Shown here in pieces: positions 22,418 through 44,977 of a stretch of DNA of 64,000 nt. Source of the DNA: the human T2T-CHM13v2.0 reference genome, Homo sapiens. Below the pieces are notes generated by a model. That model was not told where the DNA came from. It worked only from the letters and a program-made list of their open reading frames with translations, and ran no database searches. Each line of letters starts with the position of its first letter. The stretch's first letter is position 1. The position numbers and the translations under genes were made by a program. The DNA lies in the NCBI RefSeq assembly GCF_009914755.1, contig NC_060928.1. The stretch is one strand, 5' to 3'.

Positions 22418-22684
22418 AATGGATAGAAGAGCAGTGACAAAAACAAAAACTCAAGGGACCATGACTCCCAAAAACCAACATGTAGCCAAAGCCTCAAAGC
22501 TTTCTGAAGTCATTCCAGAACAACACAAAAGAAAAGAGACAACTGCAAATGTAGGGTTCCCAATAGACACATAACCTTCTGGATTGAATTTCCAAAAACT
22601 GAGAACAATTTAAAACACACATGGAATGTATAAAAGGAGAAATTTTGTTTCAAAATTATATTTGAGTTTGAAATGGGCAAATAA

Positions 22685-22925
22685 TTAAAAGCATGAAGTC
22701 TAGAGTCAGATGGTCCTAGATTTGATTCCCAGTTTCTTAAGTTACTTGCTCTATAATTTGGGCATATTACTCCTTTCTCCACACCTCATTTTCCTCATCA
22801 ATAAAATATAGATAACAATACAGCCTGGCTCCTAGAGTCGGTATAAAGATTAAAAGTGATAGTGCACTTAGAATGCTTAGTCTAGAGCCTGGCATACAGA
22901 AACTGCTCAAGAAATGTTATCTCAT
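22685..22925 (+). mobile_element. MIR relic
   Basis: CCTCATTTTCCTCATCAATAAAATATAGATAACAATA core. Confidence 0.6.
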
Positions 22926-23092
22926 TATTTTTAGATGCTGATAGAAGTGGACAATGAATTCAATGAGGGGACGGAGAAGGTTAGGAAACTGGACATTAAC
23001 AGGATATTGTAACGGAATGTTTACATTCAAGAAGAAAAAATAATTTATGTTTTCCAAGGACTGGGGTATATTCCTATTTAACTGTAATATCT

Positions 23093-23540
23093 AGTGTGGC
23101 AGTTCTTAAAGTATGGTTTGGGGACACCAGGGAATCTCCAAAACCCTTTGAGGTAGTCGATGAGGGCTTTCCCACTCTCATTCTCTCTTGAGGGTGCTGT
23201 GGAGTTTTCTAGGTGCCACATGACATGTGATGTTGCAGCTGAACAAAAACAGAAGCAGATATGAGAATCCAGCTGTCTTTAATAGGCCAGACATTAAAGA
23301 TATTTGCAAAAATGTAAGACATTGACTGTCCTATTGCTAACTTTTTTAAAAAAATTTATATTAACATATATATTGACTGTTACTTTTAAATGAATGAATA
23401 AATTAAAGATGTATCTATTTTAGTTTCTAATACAGTGGATATCAATAAATATAACCCACATAACAAAAGCACTTTGAAATTTTCAATATTTTTTAATAGG
23501 AAAAAAGATCCTAAAACTAAAAAGTAGGAGAATCTCTGGT
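23093..23540. mobile_element. hAT-Charlie-type DNA transposon remnant
   Basis: GTTCTTAAAGTATGGTTTGGGGAC...GAGAATCTCTG termini; ATGAGAATCCAGCTGTCTT...CCAGACATTAAAGA Charlie motif. Confidence 0.55.
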
Positions 23541-23715
23541 CTAGAGAAGCACATGACATGCCTGGCAACACCTCTGCAAAATACCAGGTAGTCACTGGAT
23601 ATAAGTGGGCTCAACATTCAAATTCAGAGATTATCACCTCATCAAAATATTTTTAGAAATGTTATGAGGAAAGCAATGTGAAATCAATGCTTCTATAATA
23701 TATCCATTTCCTTTG

Positions 23716-24265
23716 TGCTATGGTTTGAATGTTTATGTTCCCTCAAAGTTCATATAGTTGAAATCCTAACCCCCGTGGTGATGGTATTAGGAGGTGGAAC
23801 TTTTGGAGATATGTTTAGGTCATGAGGGCTCCACCTTCCTGAATGGGACTAATGCCCTTACACAATAGGCCCAAAAGAGCTTGTTCACTCCTTCCATGTG
23901 AAGACCAAGCTAGAAGGCATCGTCTATGAACCAGAAAGCAGGTCCTCTGGCCCGAATCTCCTGGTGCAATGTGTCAGGCATTTTTTCTTACTTGTGGGAT
24001 AAATCCATGCACAAAAAAAGACAAAAATTCTGTTCTTGTGAAGCTTACTTTCTAGTGAGTAATGTAAGCTTATGTATTGAAATTCAGATGCTCTAGCCCC
24101 ATGCTTTAGACAAGATTCCTGCAGTCTTCCCTGTCCCTTTATTGTCCAGATCCAGTTTGATTGTAGACTTCCCAGCCCCGAGAGCTATGAGAAATAAGTT
24201 TCTGTTGCTTATAAGCCACCTAGTTTATGGTATTTTATTATAGCAGCTAAAACAGTCTAAGACAC
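23716..24265 (+). mobile_element. MLT1A/MST-like MaLR solo LTR interrupted by an inverted 194-bp insert
   Basis: TGCTATGGTTTGAATGTT...CTAAGACA termini; consensus GGTGC/TTGAT split at 23965-24158. Confidence 0.8.
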
Positions 24266-25062
24266 TTTAATTCTCAGCAATTGTTCGACAGGCAGAGCTT
24301 CATGGATTGTAAAGATCAAAGATCCACTCAAGATAGCTCAAGTAAAGGTGAACACAAAGACAACCGCTAAAAACCCAGAATGTAACATGTATTTGTAGTA
24401 TAAGTTTTCATCTTATACTCCCCTTATTTCACATCCTGTCGTCTTGTTTTATTCATATTAGAATTGCCAATTTTTCTTGCAATAAATTGAAAACCACTCA
24501 AGCCTTTACTTAGGAATTAGGTTACATCTTTGCTTTTTGTTGTTATAATTCCAGAACTGCCATTTTTTTCCCAGGAGAAAAATGGTATGGATGGTCATAT
24601 TCTATACCATGTAACCCTATCCTAACTGGCTACAGCAGATTGAACTGAAACAGGATACTTAATCTAAGGGTAGACAGTCCATGATTGATCTATGGCATGT
24701 TTTCTGTGAGTCTAACGGTGGCTTCCTATTGTTAAATATACCGATAGGCAGTCCTCCAGAGCAGCAAGCTCAGACTTCTCTGATGATTAAAAATAAAACA
24801 TACAAGGGGCTGATCAAAGAACGGATACGCAGGCTTCTGTCTTGGAATTTATTCAGGTATTTGAAGAGGCCTGTGAATCTGTTTGTTTAACAAGGCCCCA
24901 GATGTGTCTTATCATCAGGGAAGTTTGGTAAACAGGTGGCTTTTTTATAAAGGCATTGGGAAATCCCAGGTATGGAAAAGAGCAGTGGTTCTTGAACTTT
25001 ATGAACATACCAGTTACTTGGATCTACCACAGAGAGATTATGACTAAGTAGACCTGGCCTGA

Positions 25063-25440
<378 letters not shown>

Positions 25441-25772
25441 AAGATGGTTTTATTAGATGATTTTTCTCTTTTCTTTTGTTTTTTTCTATCATCAAAGTGT
25501 TTTGATTCTGAGATTCCCTACCATCAAAGAACAGATTTTTTTTTGAAAAAATAAATGAAAGGTAAGTAGTGGGCTCAGAACAATTTTGGAGCAGGCTCTG
25601 CTACCTCTGCTATGGGGGGAGGCAGAGCACAATGCAGGCCTTCAGCAAGCTTAAGGGCAACTCTGGGATATTTAGGAACTGTGGCTGGGGTAAAAGTGAG
25701 ACAGGAGGGGCGCAGACAGGGAAGCTTCCCTTTCTTTCCCTCAGCTCCTCATGATGGCAGCCCATCATCAAC

Positions 25773-26159
<387 letters not shown>

Positions 26160-27357
26160 TGAGTGCATAACTGAACCAGTGAAAGCCACAGCCCTCTCAA
26201 CCACATGACATTGTAAATGCCTTTGTAAACTGCAGCTTGGACTGAAACTTGGTGAAGACAACAAATTATGCCCCAGAGGTTCCAGTCTCTGAAATTTCCT
26301 CATTAATGTCACATCAGCCTGAAATCAAGATGCTATTTCTCAGTGGGAGCTTATCTTTACTATCAGATCACACTGCTTATTTTCCAAGAAGGTCCAATTA
26401 CACTTTGCTTATTCTCCTTCCTAGAAAGAACTGAATTGATTTGCACTAGCCTGATTTAGTGCCATAGGCGTTTGATTCTCCATTAAGAAAAGTGTTCTTT
26501 GGTCACCTCTCAGAATTCACAATGAACCTGTACTTCTTGCATCTTATCGTCAGGGAAGTTTGGTAAACAGGTGGCTTTTTTATAAAAGCACTGGGAAATC
26601 CCAGGTATGGAAAAGAGCAGCAATTCTCAAACTTTGTGACCATACCAGTTACCTGGATCCACAACAGAGAGATTATGGCTCAGTAGATTCTGTTATTCCC
26701 AGTCACTGCTTTTTGAGTCTAGACCCACAGGCTGCATAAGACAACCTTTATTTTTCTTAATAACAATCTATTGCCATCTATCAAATTACATATTGGCCAA
26801 TTTATTTTGTTTTCTATCTCCCTCTAGTAGAACGTAGGCTCCATATGAGGGTAAAGTTTTGTCTATTTTATTCCCTGGGTCTAAAAAGTTGTCTGGTAGT
26901 TAGCAGACCGTTAATAAATATTTGTCAATGGGATGAATAAATGGGTTTTGTTTTCTCTCTGACCAGTTGAGGGAGAAGAGGGAAGTATGGCTTGTAACTG
27001 GCTGAGTCAAGGGACAGGGGAGAGTGGTTGGTTCTAAGGTTCAGGGTCAGGCAAGGGATATAATTTAAGGAAATGAGATACTGTGGGCAGAGAAAACCTT
27101 AACCAAAGTTTAATGTAGAGTAGCTTCAAGGCTCTAACACAAAGCACTAGAGCAAAGTGACCAATGGACAAAAACTAAGGTTGGGTACTCAGAGCCTAGA
27201 GATCAGACACAGAGGGTCAGAGGCTAAGCAGAGGGAAAAGTGTGTGGCAGGTGAGTGCAGGAACCCCCAGCCCCAGCAGAGTTACACTTGAACCACCAAA
27301 TTCTGCTTCCTGCTGGTTTTCCCTTATAAAAATAGGACATTAAAAAGCTGCTACTCA

Positions 27358-27721
<364 letters not shown>

Positions 27722-28678
27722 TTAGACAACTTAGCATGAAAAGTTCTAAGTGGTAAGAAAATAAAATACAAAATATAGTAAGCTAGTAACAACATACCAT
27801 TTTTCCTCTTTATTATGCCATAGAACCTGACAAATTTGTAGCCATTCTGAGGCCTCGTTTGAGTCTCAGAGTATTTTTTAAAATATATGCTTCATTTATT
27901 TTGAAATAATTCCAAATTTATAGAAAATTTACAAAAGAGAATTTCTGTATACCAAATTCTCCAAATGTTAACAGCTCCCGTGTTTACCTTACCATTCTCC
28001 CTCTCCCTATATACTTTGTTTGTTTGTTTCTTGAGCCAGTGTCTCGCTCTGTCACTGGGCTGGAGTGCAGTGGTGTGGTTACAGCTCACAGCAGCCTCAA
28101 CCTTCCAGGCTCAAGCAATCATCCCACCTCAGCCTCCCAAGTAAGTGTGACTATGGGCACATGCCAACACAACCAGCTAATTTCTTTTTTTATCTTTTTA
28201 AAATTTTTTGTAGAGATGGGGTCTCACTAGTACTTCCCTATATACTTTGTTCTAAACCATTTGAGAGTAAGTTATCTATAGTATCACATTACCTGTAAAC
28301 ATTTCTTTTTTGGAAGATTCAATATCATAAAAATGTCAAAATCTCAAATTGATAAATAAATTTCATGCAGTTACAATAAAATTCCAATTTTTTTCCAGGA
28401 GCCTGACAAGTTTTATCTAAAATGTTTTGTAGCCTTTATTAAAGAGAAATACAATGTTGAAGAAAAAAAGATAGGACTTGACCTGCAAAGTATCAAAAAT
28501 TATCGTAAACGTATAGTAATTAGGACAGAGTGGTATTGACAAAGGTATGGACAAACCAATCAATGGGAACTCAGAAATAAACCCAAACGTATACAGACTT
28601 GATTTTATTTCAGTACAGCCATGTTAGTTTCAGGTGAAAAGGATAGATGTTTTTCAGTGTGTGGTACTGGGACAATTA

Positions 28679-28768
28679 TTAGGTTGGTGCAAAAGTAATT
28701 GTGGTTTTTGCCATTGCTTTTAATTATTTTTAATGGCAAAAACTGCAATTACTTTTGCACCAACCTAA
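28679..28768. mobile_element. MADE1 (Hsmar1 MITE), hairpin-forming, within an old L1M fragment
   Basis: TIRs TTAGGTTGGTGCAAAAGTAATTG / CAATTACTTTTGCACCAACCTAA with TA TSDs. Confidence 0.95.
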
Positions 28769-29214
28769 TAGTTAACTTTGGGGAAAACATGGTATTAGAC
28801 TCATAACAGTCTTTAGCCAGACTGTTTAAAGACCTGTACGAGAAAAGTAAAAGCATATGACTCTTAGAATCTTATATAGAAGAGTAACTTTATTAACCCC
28901 TAAACATTCCTATGCGTATTTCCTAAACACAAGGACATTCTCTTACATAACCACAATTTAATTATCAAAATCAAGAAATTAACATTGATTCACTACTATA
29001 TCTTAATATAAAGACCTTATTCAATGTTGCCAATGGCCCCACTAATGTCCTGAGAGCATCCTGCAAGAACAGAATTCTACTGTAACCCCCACTGTGTTCA
29101 GTCACTGGCTGTAAGCAACCCTGAGTGAAGGCCGTGGTGGATCACAACAGCTGGAACTCAGGTCATTTCTGCTCCCCACAGCAACAGATCTGGGTGACAA
29201 GTTTCTATAGCTGC

Positions 29215-29632
29215 TAATATAGTTTGGATATTGGCTCCACCCAAATCTCATGTTGAAATATAATCCCCAATGTAGTAGGTGGGGCCTAGTGGGAGGTGAT
29301 TGGATCATGGGGGTGGATTTCTCATGAATGTCTTAGGACCATTCCCTTGGTGCTGTCCTCGAGATAGTGAGTGACTTCTCGTAAGATCTGGCTGTTTAAA
29401 CATGTGACACCTCGCTGGTTATCTCTCTTGCTCCTGCTCCCACCGTGTTAGACATCTGCTCCTCCTTTGCCTTCTGCCATGATTGGAAGCTTCCTGAGGC
29501 CTCTGCAGAAGCAGTTGCTGGCGTTATGTTTTCTGTACAGCCTGCAGAACCATGAGCCAATTAAACGTCTTTTCTTTCTACATTAACCAGTCTCAGGTAT
29601 TTCTTTAAAGCAGTGCAAGAATGGCCTAATAT
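29215..29632 (+). mobile_element. MSTA/MSTB-like MaLR solo LTR
   Basis: ATATAGTTTGGATATT...CCCAAATCTCATGTTGAAA start, GCCTAATATA end, TSD GCTGC. Confidence 0.8.
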
Positions 29633-29858
29633 AGCTGCTACGGTAGGCCTTCTTGTTACCAAACTAGAAAGGTCAAGAGAATCCTAGAAGTCCATCCTGA
29701 GCTGAGTTGTTCTGCTGTGCCCACCTCGGCAACTGCCGGCCTCTGACCTCTTGGTAGGCCAGAATTAGAAACCTCTCTATGTCTGAGCCAGTGTAAGTCA
29801 GGTTTTCTGTTATTTGTGGTCAAAAGCGTTTCTAACTGACATAAGCCCCTAAAAATAG

Positions 29859-30180
<322 letters not shown>

Positions 30181-32305
30181 AGAAATGCCAGATTTTTATA
30201 GCTACGCATGTACACACACACAAACACACATACACATACTCAAACTGCTCTCAAGAAAAAATTTAACAAATGAATTACATAATATATGAGTACAGCTGTT
30301 TCCTCTCATGACATGCAATATATTTTTATCACTTCAGCTTATTTTGATGATTTTAATAGGCATAACACCTTTCTTTAACAACTAATCACACAGAATCACA
30401 GAATTTTAGAGTTGGAAGGAACTTGAGTGATTATCTCATCTAAACTCTCTTACAGTACATATAATGTTAAGAACTGTGTTTACAAATAAGTGAAGTAGTC
30501 ATGAAAGAAAAAAGTGATGTAACAGCAGGTGCAAAAGCAGTTGAACCCAGGTAAGAGGGTTGTCCAATTACCTCAAGCCAAATAATCAACGTGTGTATTC
30601 ATGAATGTGCCCACTAAACATTTTCTACAATGTTCTTTATGGTCAGAATCAGCAAACTCTCTTTTTCACAGGGAATACAATAGCAAAACTTTAAAGAAAT
30701 TTACATTGACGAAGCTGTACCACGTTGTCATGTCAGTATAATGTGGGGGGAGAAGCAAATTATTTGATTTCAGCTTCAATCAGTTTTATTGTAGGCTCCG
30801 CCACTTGCTAAGAGTGTAACCCTGGGCAAATGATCTGTCCTTTCTTTGTCTTTGTTCCTTCATCTATAAAACAGGAATGATATCACAGTTACTATCTTAC
30901 ACTAGCTATTATTATTGTTGCAGTACAGTCTACTGAGAAATATGCACTCATTATGTCATAGAAATAGATGTGACTTATTAAAGTATTCTGGCATTTATTG
31001 GCCTTGGAATGTCCACTGCAAGGGTTAATAAACTTCGGGCTGTCATGTTCCTCTGAGTCTGACTGGGCCCCAGCCTGCATGCCTTTCCACTGTTGGCAGG
31101 AGTCTAGACCTCAGATCTTTGTACTTTGGGGACCTTTGAACCTGAACTTGCAATAAAAGGAGGGCAATTTATTCAAGAGGCTTTATCCAGTTGCCATAGA
31201 AACTGATCCTTTTTCCAGCTTTCTTTCCATACCCTCCAGTGCAGAGTCACTAGTCAGTAGGTTTTTAAAAGACACTAGTGGATGCCCTCAGAAGCATCTA
31301 AAACACCTAAACTGCAGCCTGAGGTCCTTTTGTAATCTATACAGATCCTTTCTCTGGAACCTGTAAAATGTTGCAACTCTATGTTAACAAACGGAACTAT
31401 GTCTGTGTCTTAAATGGGGAAATGTTTGTAACCCAAATGTCTATGCCCAGCTGAGTCTACTTGGTTCAGGCATGAAGGCAACAGAAACACATTCCAACTA
31501 TGTAAGGGCCCAGAAAATCTACAACTTTGTAGTATCCCTGAAAAACTTACTCTAAGACATACTTGGCAAACTGAGAAATAAAATAAACAATAATACATTG
31601 AAAGGAAGCAAGTAATTTGATCTTGGAAACAGCTTAGTAGTATAGATTTCTGGGAACATTTCCTAATCCGCTTTGTAAGGGTGCTTCAATCTTGTCTGAA
31701 ATCTACAATAAACTAATAGGATTTTTTCTTAAAGATAAGTAAGTTCCTGGCTTATTTTCACTAAGCTGAGACTAATAACGCTTCAATTCTAAACAAAATA
31801 TTATTTGTATCTTATGGCTTTGGGTCAGATTACCCATCTTTCCACACTGTCTCTAAAAATAATACAAATGACGAAGAACAAGTTGTACCAAAAGCACTCT
31901 GTTATTCCCACTCTCTGGTCTTTTGCGAGACAAAATGACATAACTGAAATAGCAAGTCAGTCTGGCTGGGGAATCAATACTGAGTCTGTAAATTATCAGC
32001 TGCATAGCCTTAAACAAATCACTTACCTGCTCTTTGCCTCAAATTCTTGATTTATCCTTCATTCTACAGCAAAGGGAGACAAAGGGGCTTTCCCAGTTTT
32101 CTACAGTTTGGACTCTAGGGTAAGAGGATTTTCAGTAATCAATACTATCTAAAGTGATAAACTGCTTGTATATCCAAAAACAATGAGATGGATTCACATA
32201 ACTGGATTCCCATCAGATAGAATGCAGAGGGACTTACAGCCTTTCTAATAGTGGGCACAGCAGTTGCAATCCTATTTGTATTTTTTTTTGTAGTTTCTTC
32301 AGTGG

Positions 32306-32307
<2 letters not shown>

Positions 32308-32343
<36 letters not shown>
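32308..32343. repeat. (GT)n microsatellite
   Basis: Direct. Confidence 0.95.
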
Positions 32344-32346
<3 letters not shown>

Positions 32347-32406
32347 TTGATCTTTACAATTCTCTGAGGAATGATTATCTCTGTTTTTTTCCTAATAAAG
32401 AAACAG

Positions 32407-32730
32407 GGCCAGGCGCAGTGGCTCATGCCTATAATCCCAGCACTTGGGGTGGGCTGAGGCAGGTGGATTGCTTGAGGTCAGGAGTTCAAGACCAGCCTGG
32501 CCAACATGGCAAAACTCCGTGTCTAGTAAAAATGCAAAAATTAGCTGGGCATGGTGGTGTGCGCCTGTAGTCCCAACTACTCATGAGGCTGAGGCAGGAG
32601 AATCACTTGAACCAATGAGGCCGAAGTTGTAGTAAGCCGAGATCGCACCACTGTACTGCAGCCTGGGTGACAGAGTGGGACTCCATCTCAAAAAAAAAAA
32701 AAAAAAAAAAAAAAGAAAAAAACAAAAAGA
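32407..32730 (+). mobile_element. Alu (AluS)
   Basis: Full Alu with A tail. Confidence 0.9.
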
Positions 32731-32789
32731 AACAGATGCTCAGAGAAACAAAGTGACTTGCTCAAAAATGAATGTAAGACAGAGGTGGA

Positions 32790-36640
<3,851 letters not shown>

Positions 36641-36986
36641 TTTTTAAAGATAGAGGTGAAGCCAAGAAGCAGGTATTCCGGCTGTGAGATCAGGGGACTC
36701 TCCACCATACTACACCAAAGGAAACGCTTTAGCCATCACAAACTACTGTTTATTGGAGATACACAAAGAAAGGGGACAGGCATAAATAGTTTGCAAGGCT
36801 GTTAATAGCTCTCAGATAGTCCTCCTATATTGTCATAATCCTCACTGGAATCTGCACATAATAAGCTCTTAATAAATATCTGCTGCGTAAATACCCTAGG
36901 TCTTTGGTTCTATAAGAGAAACGTCTTACTGGCAAAATAAGTTTAACAAACTCTTTTTTGGGTCATTGTCATCCCTTCCTCCCTAG

Positions 36987-37378
<392 letters not shown>

Positions 37379-39469
37379 TATCTGGCTTATTATAAGTACA
37401 TCTCTGAGGAAAGTTCTTCCCTTTTCTTCAGGCATGCCACATAAACTGATTTTCTAGAGTTTCAGAAGAGAAATTCTTAACCTATACTGTTTATATGAGG
37501 AGTTACTCTGCCAATTATCAAAACATACTTCTTTCTTTCTTAATGTAAATTTTGGCAAATATACTTATCAAATACAGCACATTTGTTAAAATGAAACTCC
37601 TAAGAAAAAATAAAAATAAGGAGAACAATAACTCATGATCAAAGTTTGTTCCGTAATTAAATATCTATCTAGCTTTATGGAAATTCTATGATTCTTTGCA
37701 TTCTGCTGGGAAGAAAAGGGGTGGCTTTGTTTTTTATTTCAAATGTCAATACATGAAAATATTCAACTCAACATATATGTTGAATGCTTTCTATGTTGAA
37801 AGCACTGTGCTAAGCCTGGTACGACATACATAAACATGATAAGGACATGGTAGATAAGATGCTGACATCAAGGAATTTATGGTCTACCCAGCGAGAGCTT
37901 CCCTTACCATCTTATTAAAAAATTTAAACCTCGACACTGCCCTGACACTTTCTACCTTTGTCCACACTTTTTTTCCTTAGAAAAATCTAACATACTGTAT
38001 ATTCTACCTATTTATCTTTGTTTATTGCCTTTCTTCTCCAATAGAATATAAGCCGCATGGAGACAGGCATATTTGTATATCTTGTTCACCACTATGTTCT
38101 AGTGTCTAGAATGGTGGTTGGCATATATTTTTGTTGAAGGAGAGATGCATAAACAAGCATCTCATTGGTGAACTGGAAAGAATGAGCTGGATAGTTCAGT
38201 CATGGATAGTGAATAGAGAGATGTCTTGGCAATCAGAAGATGGGTCAATTTCAGGTGGGGGTAATCTTGGACAAGGCATTTTTCTTGATCTATAAAGTGA
38301 AACAGTTACATTATCAGGATACTCAATTTTTTGCATCTTATAAATCACCCACTACTCCCGTAAAGAATCTGAGCTCCTCTGTAATAGAAACAAAAAGTCC
38401 ATTATATTCCAGGAACAACACTGACATGTGTTTCTATATTCCATTACATTTTCCATTTACAAAAAGTTTCAAACACGTAAAAATTGTAATACCATATGGA
38501 AGTAAATTTTATTTGCTAGAATTTATAAAGTAATAAATAATAATGCCGTAAAGAGTTAAAATTATAGTGATGCTATTGAGAATAATTTATTATAATATCA
38601 ACTATAAAAACATACTAGCACTAAATTTTAAATTGTAGTAAATGACAGCAGGAAAGACATTATGTATGTCTCCTGAACACTATATATATGTTCTTGCAAT
38701 TACTTTAAAATATGTTATACTATACTTATATAAGATAGTACCATTGGAGAAGACTGAAGGAGACTGAGTGTGCCTCAAGTGAACATTTTATGCAAGGTGT
38801 TGTTGAAAGGCGTGGTTGAGTACCTAAAAAAAATGGAGAACTGGGAACCGCATTACTTGTTATAGAACAAGTTGTATAAACTATATTCAAAAAAATGAAT
38901 TTTTCTTTTTAAAAATATGTTGCAAATTTGATCTAAGACTGACTTTTATTAAAACCAGTTATCCACGTATGGTGATTGAGTTGGGAAGAAAGCAAGTAGG
39001 TAACTGTTTCCCTACTTAACCTTCTTGAGCAGTTACTGTTATCTTCCAAAAAGAACCTAAGTTCTGTGCATGACCAGGTCAGTCAGCAATTGTCCTGAAC
39101 CGATCGACAATCCCTGAATAAAATAACCTCCCTGTCACTGTCCCCTTCCTTTGTAATCAGAAGATCACTGGAAAACACACATCCTCAAGGTAGGTCAAGA
39201 CTGACAGAATCAAAAAGTAAATTAATTAATTAATTAATTTTTAAAAGACTGACTGAATCTTCTCCATTGGCTTCCCTTTGCTCTCAGGATAAAATCAAAC
39301 TCCCTAATGTAGTTTTTATGGACCTTTGAGAACTGGCCCTGTTACCTTTTCAGTTCATAACTGACCACTCCCCTTTCATTTTTTGTTTCAGGCTTTCCTG
39401 TAATTCAGAGCTTCTTTCAGTTTCTCAAAAGGGCTGAGCTCTTTCTAGCCTTCAGGTTTTTTCTTTTTT

Positions 39470-40392
<923 letters not shown>

Positions 40393-42235
40393 CCCTCTAG
40401 GATGTTTTTATCGGCCCCTAAACTATTTTGAATGTGCCATTCCTTAGTCTGGAGCATTCATCCCCTGAGATCCCAGTTTAGACATCACTTCCTCTAAAAA
40501 GCCTTCCCTGACCACTTACCTCTAAATTAGATATGCTTAAAATCTGAGGTAGAGAATACCATCCCAGCATTTACCATATTATCTTGTCTTCCTTGGTTTT
40601 CTCTCCCTAGTCTGTGAGCTCTGTTGAGAGGTAATGTGGGTATCATTCTCTAGCACAGATCCTGATATCTGGGAGGCATGCAGTGAGGAATGTTAGATTG
40701 AAGAATCACCGCATTATTCTACTCAAAGCAACAAAAGTCTTTGCTGCATGATTCTTCCACTAATGAAAGTCTACATAAATGAATTGAGTTATTGAAGAAT
40801 AACATTGGAGAATACATACACGTGTATACATAAGTATATTACTAATATTCATGACTAAGTATTTTATTGACTGATTTTTTAAGTGTTTAATAATAAAATT
40901 TAGGGACCATCTATTACGCCAAGATTGAAATTATATTCATATGTACAAATGTTTCAAGAAACAATTGCTGGGAGGATCCAAGATGGCCAATCAGAAGCAG
41001 CTGCTTTCTGCGGCACTCACAGAGAGGAACGAAAGCAGTGAGTGAATTCAACACCTTCAAATGAAATATCCATACTCTTGCATTGGGACTGACTAGGCAA
41101 ACAACTCGACCTGCAGAGAACGAAGAAAAGCAGGAGAGTGGGCGATGGCCCACCTGGAAGCAGGACAGAGCCAAAGGAACCCCACCCCTAGCCAAAGGAA
41201 GCAGTAAGGGATTATGCGACCCTGCCCGGGAAACCACACTTCTCCCACAGATCTTTGCAACCTGTAGGTCAGGAGATCCCCTCATGAGCCCATGCTGTGT
41301 ATTGGTCTTGGGTTCAATACACAGAGCTCAGAGTCTCTGGAGCCTCCGCAGAGCAGCCACTTAGGCATACACACAGACACGGGAGTTTTACATACTCTGG
41401 CCCCAGGATCGCTGGCAAGGTGGGAAATCCATCCGTACATATCCCTAGGAAGGGGGCTGATCCAGGAAGCCAAGCAGCATCATTCTGCAGGCCTCACTTC
41501 CATGACATCTCACAAGTTAAGACTCACTGGCTTGGAATTCTAGCCAGCCAATAGCAACAGGCTGAAATCTGCCTGAGACAGATTCGGGTTCCCGGAGGAA
41601 GGGGCAGCCGCCATCTCTGTGGTTCAGTAGACTCAGCCATTCCAGCCTTCCAGTTTTGGAGACCACAGACAATCCAGATGAGGAAGGGTCCCCGCCAGTG
41701 CAGCACACCTGCTCTACCAAAAAGCATCCAGACTACGTTTTTAAGTGGGTCCCTGAACCCGTTCCTCCTGACTGGGCGAGACTTCCCAACAGGGGTCTCC
41801 AGCCACCTCCTACAGGTGTATTCAGGCTGGCAACAGGTCAGTAACCCCCAGGATGGAGCTTCCTGAGGAAAAAGCTGGCTGTCATTTTTGATGTTTTCCA
41901 GCCTTCACTGGTGATACCTCCAGGTATGGGAAAACCCAAAGCAACTAGTGTCTGGAGTGGACCCCCAGCAAACCACAGCAGCCCTTTGGTAGAGTGGTCT
42001 ATTAAAAGAAAAACAGAAGACAACAACAACAACAGCAACAAAAATACCCCATAAAAATCCCACTCAGGTCAGCAACCTCAAAGACCATAGGTAGAAAAGC
42101 CCACAAAGATGAGAAAGAATCAACATAAGCCCGGGAGTTAAAAGCTGCAATGAGCTATGGTCGTGCCACTGCACTAAAGCCTGGGTGACAGAGCGAGACT
42201 GTCTCTAAAAATTATAAAATAAAAGAAGAGGTTTT

Positions 42236-44629
<2,394 letters not shown>

Positions 44630-44633
<4 letters not shown>

Positions 44634-44977
44634 TGTTCTCGTGCCATTAATAAAGACATACCCAAGACTGGGTAATTATAAAGGAAAGAGGTTTAATTGA
44701 CTCACAGTTCCACATGGCTGGGGAAGGCCTCACAATCGTGATGGAAGGTGAAGGGGAAGCAAGACATGCTTTCATGGCAGCAGGCTAGAAAGCTTGTGCA
44801 GGGGAACTCCCATTTATAAAACCACCAGATCTCGTGAGAGTTATTCACTACTGCAAGAAGAGTATGGGGGAAACCACCCCCATGATTCAATTATCTCCAC
44901 CTGGATCCGCCCTTGACACGTGGGGAATATTAGAATTAAAGGTGAGATTTGGGTGGGGACACAGCCAAACCATATCA
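44630..44977 (-). mobile_element. THE1/MST MaLR LTR, clipped at its 3' end
   Basis: GGGGACACAGCCAAACCATATCA terminus; GAGGTTTAATTGACTCACAGTTCC. Confidence 0.85.
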
